Both the position numbers and the translations under genes were made by a program. From positions 1 to 21,736 of the forward strand of contig JAEOTE010000010.1 in the NCBI GenBank assembly GCA_016839945.1: a stretch of 21,736 nucleotides of DNA, written 5' to 3'. This stretch comes from Candidatus Heimdallarchaeota archaeon (GTDB lineage Archaea; Asgardarchaeota; Heimdallarchaeia; Heimdallarchaeales; Heimdallarchaeaceae). Positions 8,022-16,450 of this stretch are shown in pieces; positions within the stretch are counted from its first letter, which is position 1; every line of letters starts with the position of its first letter. Below the pieces are notes generated by a model. The model was not told the DNA's origin and did no database searches. It was given only the letters and a program-made list of their open reading frames with translations.

Positions 8022-9662
8022 ATGGAAAAGTCTTATGACGAGAACTTAGCTAAACTCATGTCAGAAGCCCGAGATTTGTTTAAAAGTGAAAATTTTGCAG
8101 ACTCTGCTAGAAAGTATCTAGAAGCAGCAAAAAATCAAGAAGCTACTAGAGGAATGGCACAAGCAGAGGATTTGTATCATGAAGCAATTAAGAATTTTAT
8201 TCGAGCTTCAGAAGAAAACAAAGAGAAGAAACAATTTCGCATGAGTGCCCAAAATCTTTTTTATGTGGTGCAAGTTTTTCGAAAACTTGGAGCTGATGAA
8301 GACTGGAAAGCTGCTACTCAAGCAGTAGTTGATGATCTGCTTAATGCAGCACAAGAATATCTGATGTGGAATGAGTACGATAGAGGAATCATACTTGTAT
8401 CAACAGCTTGCTTTTTCCTGTTTTCAATTGAAGATTTTGGAACAGCAGAACAGCTTTATGGTCAATATATTGATCAAATAAAAGATGATCCTGGTTTTAC
8501 AAGAGCTCAACAAATACTTTATGCAGCAGGACATGCCATTAAAGCAGTCAAAGATTTGGACACTACATCTCTTCTCAATTCACAACAATTAGTTGGTAGT
8601 CATTTAAAGCCAGGATTAGGACAAATTGTTGGTGATTTATTCTTCCCTGCAATAGATAATGCAATGGACACAGTAGTTAGGATGTTTCGTTCTAAAATTA
8701 AACTTCCTAAAATTGTACCAGAGTTTAAGATATCCAGAGATTTGGTTCTCAATGAAGCAACTGTTTTAACTATTTTTGTTGAAAATGAAGGCCAAGGTGA
8801 TGCTTTCAACCTTTCTTTTAGATTGAATGTTCCTGAAAATATGGAAGTTCTTGAAGGTAGTAGAGAATTTACTATAGATCAGCTGCAAGCACAAAAAACA
8901 TCTGAACATAAATTAGTTATAAGATGTATGTCGTCAACAGGAGATATTGAACTTGAACTCAGTGCAAATGTCACTTTCTATGATCAACTTCAAACAAAAC
9001 AAACTATGATGATAGGTCCTTACGATCTCATATTTAGAGCTAAAAGTTTGTCTAAAGAACTAGAAGTTGAACTTGCATCATTAGCAGAAAAGAATTCCGA
9101 ATACAAAAAACAGATGGAAGAAACAAACGTAATCCCAAATGAAGCAAGCAAGATGATGCTTGACTTTGTATCAAGTATAATAAAAGATTCAGAGAACTTA
9201 GTTGAAAATGAAGAATTTGAAACCATCCATGCAAACATTAGAAGTGTAAAAAATGTTCATGAAATGGTTGAAAAAATAACTAGTGAAGAATTTCTTGAAC
9301 CAATTTTGGAAGCGCGTAAAAGGGAATTTGATGCCAAAATTGAAGAAGCAAAAATAGAATGGAACGAACAAGTTGAAGAAATAAAAGAGAATCTCAGGAA
9401 ATCCTTCGAAGAAGAAAAGATTGTATTAAGAGAAGAATTCAACGAAGATCAGAAGGAGCTTCTAGCAAAGATTGATGAAGACCATAAAAAAGAGATTGAT
9501 CTTTTAGGAGAAGAATATAACAATCGACTAGAACAAGCTCTAGAAGAACAAAATAAGAATTTTGAAGATCAAAAGAAGAAACTATTGGAAGAGCAAGAAG
9601 AAGTATTAAGAGCGGAATTCCAAAGACTGTTATCTGAATCACAAGATAAGAAAAGACGATAA
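8022..9662 (+). CDS. Hypothetical soluble protein: SNAP/TPR-like helical repeats + Ig-like (CARDB-like) beta-sandwich + long acidic coiled coil
   Basis: aa 1-225 contain helical-repeat patterns (F..SA..Y..AA, A...Y..A, Y..G). aa ~229-339 contain alternating beta strands with VENEGQGDAFNL. aa ~430-546 are an E/K-rich coiled coil. No signal peptide or TM segment is visible. Confidence 0.85.
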   Translation: MEKSYDENLAKLMSEARDLFKSENFADSARKYLEAAKNQEATRGMAQAEDLYHEAIKNFIRASEENKEKKQFRMSAQNLFYVVQVFRKLGADEDWKAATQAVVDDLLNAAQEYLMWNEYDRGIILVSTACFFLFSIEDFGTAEQLYGQYIDQIKDDPGFTRAQQILYAAGHAIKAVKDLDTTSLLNSQQLVGSHLKPGLGQIVGDLFFPAIDNAMDTVVRMFRSKIKLPKIVPEFKISRDLVLNEATVLTIFVENEGQGDAFNLSFRLNVPENMEVLEGSREFTIDQLQAQKTSEHKLVIRCMSSTGDIELELSANVTFYDQLQTKQTMMIGPYDLIFRAKSLSKELEVELASLAEKNSEYKKQMEETNVIPNEASKMMLDFVSSIIKDSENLVENEEFETIHANIRSVKNVHEMVEKITSEEFLEPILEARKREFDAKIEEAKIEWNEQVEEIKENLRKSFEEEKIVLREEFNEDQKELLAKIDEDHKKEIDLLGEEYNNRLEQALEEQNKNFEDQKKKLLEEQEEVLRAEFQRLLSESQDKKRR

Positions 9663-9682
9663 TTCTATCTTTTATTTTTCTT

Positions 9683-10084
9683 TTACTTTATTTTTAGCAT
9701 TTGTTTTTCAGTATCTATTTGAATTGTATCACCAGTTTTGATAATAGTAGTAACATCTTCTTCAAATTGGTCAACAAGAGTGATTTCAGCTAAAATTGCA
9801 CCGGCGATTACTATCGTTTCTGCCTTGTTTGTAACTAAAGCTAGTGGAGATGCTTGATTCTTCTTTAAACCATAAATAACGTAGGATCCAACAGTAGACC
9901 CTCTCCCCCCAGGAAAAACAAATATCTTATTAGCTATTGTTTTGCCATACAAAGGATTTTTTGAATCAAGCACTATCCCTGATTGAGGATCGATTTCTCC
10001 AAAAAATGAAATTGGGTTAGGTGACACTATTGCTTCTCCTTCAACCTTACCATCAACTATTGATCTAAATTTCATTTTTTTCAT
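9683..10084 (-). CDS. Aconitase X swiveling-domain small subunit (DUF126); probable phosphomevalonate dehydratase small subunit
   Basis: GKVEGEAIVS..PISFFG.IDP.SG and FPGGRGSTVGSYVIY. ATGA overlap with the large-subunit stop codon. Confidence 0.88.
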   Translation of the reverse strand: MKKMKFRSIVDGKVEGEAIVSPNPISFFGEIDPQSGIVLDSKNPLYGKTIANKIFVFPGGRGSTVGSYVIYGLKKNQASPLALVTNKAETIVIAGAILAEITLVDQFEEDVTTIIKTGDTIQIDTEKQMLKIK

Positions 10085-11280
10085 TTTATTACTCGCTCCA
10101 TTATCTTCTCTAATTGTAACAATTTAACTTTGATATGTTCGTCGCGAGACAAGTAAAATGCTGCTTTTGCTGAATTTGTCATAATGTTCGAAAAATTGTT
10201 TCTAACTACAGGTGATACAACCATACAAGTATCTGCAAATATCTTTATACCTCTGCTTTCAAGATTCTCTATTGTATTTGATGCATCTTTACTTTGTATT
10301 ACTTTGTTAGATGAGAATACCCAAAATTCAACATCTTCCTTTAATGATTGATTCTTTAAATATGACTCAATTAATACTAACTCACTTAAACTTGTATGAG
10401 GGCATCCCACTGTCACAAGATCTACTTCTCCTTCAGTAGAATCGTATAACTCATAAATCTCTTGTTTTTCATTTTCAGTAAAAATAATGTGTTCTTCAAC
10501 ATCTTTCTGATTAATTGTTTTTGCATCTGGAGTTACGTTTTGAATGTGAAAATGAGCAACACTCCCTACAGAAGCCATTGCAGAAGCCATCATCTTAGTT
10601 TTATCTAGAGTCACATTCTTAATGTTTGAGAAAAATGGTATAAGTCCATGAAATTTCTCGCCAAACCAGTAACCCAAAGCAGAAAAATCAGAAGGGTGAA
10701 TAATTTGAGCTTCAACATCTATTAATACATCTGGTAACCTATTTTCTTTTTTATGCAAACCATAATATGCAGTTAAGCCAGTAATAGCTGCTGCTAAAGA
10801 TGAGGGTGCTCCTTCTCTATTTGTTCTAGCACCAAAAAAACCATTTGCCATTATTACTGCTGAAGATTCACTCCAGGCTAAATGTTCTCCATAAGAAGGT
10901 TGATGTCCAATTAAATAAGGAGTACATGAAAGAGTTGTTTCAATCCCCATTTTTTCATAAGTTTGAATTATTTCAAACTGTTTTTTCGCGAATTTTTCAT
11001 CTATCTTCATAGCTTTCCATTTATTTCTATCCATTCCTGCTGGATTTAACCAACTTGGAACACTAACTTTAACTTCGTCCTTTAGAAGCAAATCAAAAAA
11101 AGAAAAAATAGAGTCACCAACTGTAAAGTACGAAACTCCTGCTATTTGAGCACTTTTTATTGGTATAAGTTTTTCCGCTTTATTTACCTCACCTATCTTT
11201 ACAATTAATTGCATCAACTTGGCTATAGCATCACCTTTTTCTCCATCTAGCATCTTTTCTTGATGTTTTGTGAGGTATAT
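10081..11280 (-). CDS. Aconitase X catalytic large subunit (DUF521); probable phosphomevalonate dehydratase large subunit
   Basis: SCTPY, AWSESSA, GARTNREG, GCPH and DTCMVV Fe-S Cys motifs. Start is uncertain: ATA 11280 (preferred, see findings), GTG 11289 or TTG 11316. Confidence 0.88.
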   Translation of the reverse strand: MYLTKHQEKMLDGEKGDAIAKLMQLIVKIGEVNKAEKLIPIKSAQIAGVSYFTVGDSIFSFFDLLLKDEVKVSVPSWLNPAGMDRNKWKAMKIDEKFAKKQFEIIQTYEKMGIETTLSCTPYLIGHQPSYGEHLAWSESSAVIMANGFFGARTNREGAPSSLAAAITGLTAYYGLHKKENRLPDVLIDVEAQIIHPSDFSALGYWFGEKFHGLIPFFSNIKNVTLDKTKMMASAMASVGSVAHFHIQNVTPDAKTINQKDVEEHIIFTENEKQEIYELYDSTEGEVDLVTVGCPHTSLSELVLIESYLKNQSLKEDVEFWVFSSNKVIQSKDASNTIENLESRGIKIFADTCMVVSPVVRNNFSNIMTNSAKAAFYLSRDEHIKVKLLQLEKIMERVIK

Positions 11281-11312
11281 CTTTACCACCTTTGATATTT
11301 GATTTACTAAAG

Positions 11313-11942
11313 TCAAGTACTATTGTTTTTCTTAGTTTTATAAATACAGTTATTTCTTAATAGGCACATATCACATTTTGGTTTATTTTTTAAACAAGAA
11401 TTTTTAGCATGTTTGACTAAGAGTGCATGAAATTCCTTATACAGTTGTATATCTTTAGGAAGATTATTCATAAATACTCTTTGGAGTTCTGAATAATTTC
11501 TGCCAGAATAAATTCCAATCCTTCTCATTATTCTAAATGTATATGAATCAATAACAAAATGGGGTTTCTCGAATAAATACAACAAAATAGAATCAGCTGT
11601 CTCTAACCCTATACCGTTTACTGCTAACAAATCCTCTCTACTTGGATCGGAATTGATTGAAAGTAATTTAATAAGATTCTTTAATCTTTGAGCCTTTACT
11701 TTATAATATCCACTAGATTTGATTAATTGTTCTAATTCTCCAATGGATATTTTTTCCAAGCATGTCAAAGATAAACAATTTGCATCCTTCAGTTTAGTAA
11801 GAGCTTTTTCAACATTACTCCAATTAGTCTGTTGTGTTAATACAGCCCCTACAGCGATTTCTAGACCTTCTCCTGGCCACCACTCTTGTGATCCGTAAAA
11901 ACTTAATAATTTATCGAAAATTTGTCTAAGTAACTCTTCCAT
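11313..11942 (-). CDS. HhH-GPD DNA glycosylase related to endonuclease III (COG2231-like) with 4Fe-4S motif
   Basis: GAVLTQQTNWSNV, HhH GIGLETADSILLY, catalytic VIDSY and C-x6-C-x2-C-x5-C. Glu replaces the lyase Lys, which suggests a monofunctional glycosylase. Confidence 0.88.
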   Translation of the reverse strand: MEELLRQIFDKLLSFYGSQEWWPGEGLEIAVGAVLTQQTNWSNVEKALTKLKDANCLSLTCLEKISIGELEQLIKSSGYYKVKAQRLKNLIKLLSINSDPSREDLLAVNGIGLETADSILLYLFEKPHFVIDSYTFRIMRRIGIYSGRNYSELQRVFMNNLPKDIQLYKEFHALLVKHAKNSCLKNKPKCDMCLLRNNCIYKTKKNNST

Positions 11943-12051
11943 TTTACTGTATTCGATTTTGTTTGAAATTTTTTAATACTTTTGTGGTTGATTTTATATT
12001 TCTCCTACAAAAACTTAAACTTTAAATCTTATATAACATAGAAATAAATGA

Positions 12052-12660
12052 TTGAATTTGAACTCTGATGAATTTGATTCTGAACTAGTTTCAATCAATT
12101 GCCCAATTTGTAAAAGTAAAAATACTAAAGTAACTCAAAAAATCTTAGACCTTCCTCATTTTTCTGAATTATGGTTGTTTAATATAGTGTGCTCTGATTG
12201 CCACTTTAAGCACAATGATTTTCTAAATTTATCAGTTAAAGAGCCAGTTAGATATGTCTATCATGCAGAAAACAAGGACGATTATGAAACTAAAATTGTT
12301 AGAGCTGCAAATGGCACTATTATGTTTCCACAAATCGGTGCTATGATTGAACCAGGTCCTAACGCAGAGGGGTTCATAAATAACATCGAAGGGATACTTC
12401 GAGACATTCGAAGTAAAGCATTGCATTTATTGAAGGACGCAACTGATGAGCAAGAAGTATCAAGAATTAGAGAATATTGTGATTTATTAGATGAATACAT
12501 TGAGAATAACCTACCTATTGACATAATAATAGAAGATCCTTTTGGAAATTCATCAATAATACCAAATGATTCTGCAAAACTTGAAACTCACGAATTAACG
12601 CAAGAAGAAGCAGAGAAATTAAAAACCAGTTTCATTGTTTTTGAAGATGTGAAGAAATAG
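12052..12660 (+). CDS. ZPR1-type zinc finger protein (single archaeal module)
   Basis: CPIC...LPHF...CSDCHFK zinc finger, IEPGP.AEGFI.NIEG.L and IIEDPFGNS. TTG start at 12052 or 12058. Confidence 0.9.
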   Translation: MNLNSDEFDSELVSINCPICKSKNTKVTQKILDLPHFSELWLFNIVCSDCHFKHNDFLNLSVKEPVRYVYHAENKDDYETKIVRAANGTIMFPQIGAMIEPGPNAEGFINNIEGILRDIRSKALHLLKDATDEQEVSRIREYCDLLDEYIENNLPIDIIIEDPFGNSSIIPNDSAKLETHELTQEEAEKLKTSFIVFEDVKK

Positions 12661-12682
12661 GTTTTAGAAGATGTAGATTAGA

Positions 12683-14803
12683 CTACTCTTCAAGTGTTAT
12701 TTTCACATCTAGAGCTGATACACCTTCGTTTTCTTCATAAACAAAGAAGGGATTTACATCAAGCTCCTTTATTTCAGGAAAATCAGAAACAAGCAACGAT
12801 ATTTTAAGTAATGTGTCTATAATTGCATCAATATCTGATGGGGATTCTCCTCTTACTCCTTTTAGCAATGTAAATATCTTTGTTTGTTCAAGCATTTTGA
12901 TTGCTTCTAATTTGGTTAAAGGAGCAAGACCAAATGCTACATCTTGAAAGAAATTTGTATACACTCCTCCCATCCCAACCATAACTAAAGAACCAAATTG
13001 TGGATCTTTCAATGAACCAACAATTAATTCTCGACCTGTCTTTTCCATCTTTTGGATGTCTACTGCTAATATCTTTGATTCAGGATGATGTTTTTTTGCA
13101 TTCTCTATTATCTCTATATATGTTTGAATGGCTTCTTCTTTGTTTTTTATATTTAATTTTACTCCCCCAATATCTGTTTTATGAACTATATCTGGGCTAG
13201 TAATTTTCATAACTACAGGAAATCCTATTTCCTCTGCAAACATTCCTGCATCCTCAGCTGACATAGCTAGCTTGGTTGGTGGAGTTTGAATTCCATATGC
13301 TTTAGCAACTTCAATTGCCTCTGTTCCTAGAAGATTTGTTCTTTCTTCAGATTTTACTTTACTAAAAATCTCTCTTACTCTCGCTTTATCTCTATCTAGG
13401 TCAACAATTTCTTCAATAGAAGGTCTTTCTTTTATAACAGCATATTCAACTAAAGCTGCCATTGCTTTAACTCCTCTTTCAGGATGAGGATAACATGGTA
13501 TTCGATTTTTCTTCAAATGGTAAATACTTGGACCTAGGATTTCTCCTCCAATGAAAATGCTAACAATAGGTTTGTTTGGATATTTGTTTCTAATTTCAAC
13601 AATTTTGTCAGCTGTTTCTTGACCTTCTGTCATAGCTTGAGGAGTAAGTATAACAATTGCCCCATCAATTCCTTCATCTTTTAAGGCTAATTCTAGAATT
13701 CGACTATAGTCTTCTGCTTGAGCGGTTCCTAGAGCATCTATTGGATTATTAAAATTCGCTGCTGGAGGTAAAAATTCTTTCAATTTTTCCTTAAATTCAG
13801 ATGATATGGATGCAAGTTCAAGACCATTTCTTTCGGCTTCATCTGTTGCTAAAATACCTGGACCACCAGCGTTGGTTATTATTGCAATTCTATTAGATTT
13901 AGGAATAGGCATGTAGCTGAATGCAAAAGCCATATCAAATAATTCTTGTGCGTTATCTGCTCTAATAACACCACACTTCTCAAAAGCAACATCATAGGTT
14001 GTGTCAGCTCCAGTCATACTGCCTGTGTGAGAAGATGCTGCTTTTGAGCCAGCCTCTGATCTACCAGATTTAATTACAACTACAGGTTTTTTACGAGTAA
14101 CTTTATTACAGACTTCAATAAACTTAGATCCTCTATTTATACTTTCTAGATATGCCAATATTGCGAGAGTTTGCTCATCATCAGCTAAAGCTTCAATAAA
14201 ATCTGATTCATCAAGATCTGCTTTGTTTCCAAGAGAAACAAAACTTGAATATCCAATGCCCTCAGCTCTACTCCAATCCAATATACCTGTTAAAAGAGCT
14301 CCACTTTGACTTAGAAAAGCAACTTCACCTTTTATGGGAGAGCGTTCTGCAAAGCTCGCATTAATGGGGGCTGAAGTATCTATAACACCCAAAATATTTG
14401 GTCCAACAATTCTAAGTCCATATTTTTTAGCAATCTCAACAATCTGGTGCTCAAGTTTTGCGCCATCACTTCCTGTCTCCTTGAAACCAGCTGTTATTAT
14501 TGCTGCGTATTTTACACCTTTCTGCCCTAATTCTTCAATTAAAGAGGGCATAAAACGTGCAGGAATACACACTACTGCTAAATCTATTGTGTCAGAAATT
14601 TCACTGATGTTGGCATAAACCTTTACACCTTCTATTTCACCATATTCAGCTGCTTTTGGATTTATTGCATATAGTCTACCTTTAAACCCACAGTCAACCA
14701 TGTTTCTTAAAGCAGCATAACCTACCTTCTTTTTATCAGGACTAGCTCCAATTATAGCAACACTATCTGGGTGAAACAGTTTATCGAGTTTTTTTAATGC
14801 CAG
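12683..14803 (-). CDS. ADP-forming acetate/acyl-CoA ligase (ACD), fused alpha-beta
   Basis: CoA-binding SVAIIGAS, GPN.LG, SQSGAL, phospho-His SSHTG, TNAGGPG and NPID. ATP-grasp domain with HKTDIGGV and ELDVNP. Start is CTG 14803 (preferred) or GTG 14812. Confidence 0.93.
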   Translation of the reverse strand: MALKKLDKLFHPDSVAIIGASPDKKKVGYAALRNMVDCGFKGRLYAINPKAAEYGEIEGVKVYANISEISDTIDLAVVCIPARFMPSLIEELGQKGVKYAAIITAGFKETGSDGAKLEHQIVEIAKKYGLRIVGPNILGVIDTSAPINASFAERSPIKGEVAFLSQSGALLTGILDWSRAEGIGYSSFVSLGNKADLDESDFIEALADDEQTLAILAYLESINRGSKFIEVCNKVTRKKPVVVIKSGRSEAGSKAASSHTGSMTGADTTYDVAFEKCGVIRADNAQELFDMAFAFSYMPIPKSNRIAIITNAGGPGILATDEAERNGLELASISSEFKEKLKEFLPPAANFNNPIDALGTAQAEDYSRILELALKDEGIDGAIVILTPQAMTEGQETADKIVEIRNKYPNKPIVSIFIGGEILGPSIYHLKKNRIPCYPHPERGVKAMAALVEYAVIKERPSIEEIVDLDRDKARVREIFSKVKSEERTNLLGTEAIEVAKAYGIQTPPTKLAMSAEDAGMFAEEIGFPVVMKITSPDIVHKTDIGGVKLNIKNKEEAIQTYIEIIENAKKHHPESKILAVDIQKMEKTGRELIVGSLKDPQFGSLVMVGMGGVYTNFFQDVAFGLAPLTKLEAIKMLEQTKIFTLLKGVRGESPSDIDAIIDTLLKISLLVSDFPEIKELDVNPFFVYEENEGVSALDVKITLEE

Positions 14804-14886
14804 AATTGCCACCTAATTTGAGCGGTGTGAGAATTAATTTAAGTTTGTCGTTTGAAAGACTAAATGCTTCTTGATCTCCTTGAATA

Positions 14887-15627
14887 CTATTCCCAAGCTA
14901 AATTCTCATCAGTTTTACCATTTGACTTAGAAAGAAAATTTTCTTCAAACAATTGCTGGCTTGCAAGTATCTGAGATACAACAGCAAAAAGGTCTAATCC
15001 GTCCTCATAAATAGCGATTTTTTTATCAACCAAATCATGTGGAAGTGATTCGATTTCACCATGAGGAAAAGCACCGAAGATTAATAATGGATTTGTCGCT
15101 TCATAAATTAGTTTTGAATAGTTAGAAGAAGAAAGCTGTTCACCTTTCACACTAAATTCTATTACTAAATCGTGTTCTAGACGTAATTTTTGGATTAAAT
15201 CGGGTAAAGACGATTCTGCTAAAGTCATAAGTGGTTCTGATGTTGTAGGTGGTACTTGTTTATCTTTGAGTAATTGCAAAATTAATCCATTAAAGCGATC
15301 GACATTCTTAGGTAATCTAATATCTGGATTAAGGGATATTATTTTGTCATTGATTGTATGAATCATTACATTTAGTCTATGTTCTCTTGCTAATATAGAA
15401 CCAAAACAAGATAATAATGTAAAATGAACTATATCAGGCCTACCTCTTTTGTCTTTATTTGGTAAACTTTCTATTAGATGTCCATGTTGACTTGTATCAA
15501 GCATAATATCTTCTGGTGATTTCTTTATTTTCGAGAAATATTGTCTAACTTTCATGTCCTTTAACAATTCTTCAGGAAATGATTCGAGTGATGCTTCAAC
15601 AATTAAAATAGTTAGAAATTTAGCCAT
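14887..15627 (-). CDS. nep1: rRNA small-subunit pseudouridine N1-methyltransferase Nep1/Emg1 (SPOUT)
   Basis: EASLE, RGRPDIVHFTLL, IHT, RLPKN..RF.GL..QL and GAFPHG. Start moved to ATG 15627, which removes the overlap with lipB. Confidence 0.9.
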   Translation of the reverse strand: MAKFLTILIVEASLESFPEELLKDMKVRQYFSKIKKSPEDIMLDTSQHGHLIESLPNKDKRGRPDIVHFTLLSCFGSILAREHRLNVMIHTINDKIISLNPDIRLPKNVDRFNGLILQLLKDKQVPPTTSEPLMTLAESSLPDLIQKLRLEHDLVIEFSVKGEQLSSSNYSKLIYEATNPLLIFGAFPHGEIESLPHDLVDKKIAIYEDGLDLFAVVSQILASQQLFEENFLSKSNGKTDENLAWE

Positions 15628-15745
15628 TAGTAACCAAGTATAACTGTTTACGAAGTGACTTTTCAATCTTACTGAAGTTTTGTACAAAATTCCAAAATAT
15701 AGACAAACCAAAATCGCTAAAAGGATTCATTCTGAACAGAAAACA

Positions 15746-16450
15746 ATGCAAAGGTGCTATTTAGTAGAGTATGAAACTCTTGAATACAGAAAGTCCCTCA
15801 AATTACAAAATCAAATAAGAGAACAAAAAGAAAACAATAGAGACTTTGATGATTTTCTGTTAGTCCTACAGCACAATCCAATTTTCACTATTGGTAAAAA
15901 GGGAACAAGAGAAGATATAATTGCACCTACTGATTTACTACAAAAAGAAGGGATAGATGTTTTAGAGGTTAAAAGAGGAGGAGAGGTAACTTACCATGGA
16001 CCTGGACAGTTAGTTGTTTATTTACATTTGAATCTTACAAGAGCAGGAATAAGTGTAGAAGAATTTGTTTGGAAAATGGAAGAAACACTTATTGAATTGT
16101 TAGAACTATATGGAATAGAAGGGTGGAGAATGGAAGGTTACCCTGGAGTTTGGGTTAACTATCAAAAAAGAAAATGGAAGATTGCTGCTATTGGTGCAAG
16201 GGCATCAAAAATGATTACATCCCATGGATTGGCTCTAAATGTAAACACAAATATGGATCATTTCAAATTAATAGTTCCTTGTGGTATAACTGAATATGAA
16301 CCAATTTCGATAAAACGAATCTTAGGAAAAACGATAGACATAAAGAAACTATATGAGAACTTTGAGAGAATCTATGAAAAAGTTTTCAAAATGAGTCTAG
16401 AAAGGATTTCAAGTAAAGAATTAGAAGAGAGGATAGGAGAAAATGCCTAG
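15746..16450 (+). CDS. lipB: Octanoyltransferase LipB (bacterial type)
   Basis: LQHNPIFTIG, RGGEVTYHGPGQLVVY, KIAAIG, HGLALN and catalytic IVPCG. Start taken as ATG 15746. Confidence 0.93.
   Translation: MQRCYLVEYETLEYRKSLKLQNQIREQKENNRDFDDFLLVLQHNPIFTIGKKGTREDIIAPTDLLQKEGIDVLEVKRGGEVTYHGPGQLVVYLHLNLTRAGISVEEFVWKMEETLIELLELYGIEGWRMEGYPGVWVNYQKRKWKIAAIGARASKMITSHGLALNVNTNMDHFKLIVPCGITEYEPISIKRILGKTIDIKKLYENFERIYEKVFKMSLERISSKELEERIGENA

Noticed and set aside
8600-9642. Five short minus-strand ORFs inside the 546-aa gene
   Set aside because: Antisense shadows of an E/K-rich coding strand; no motifs.
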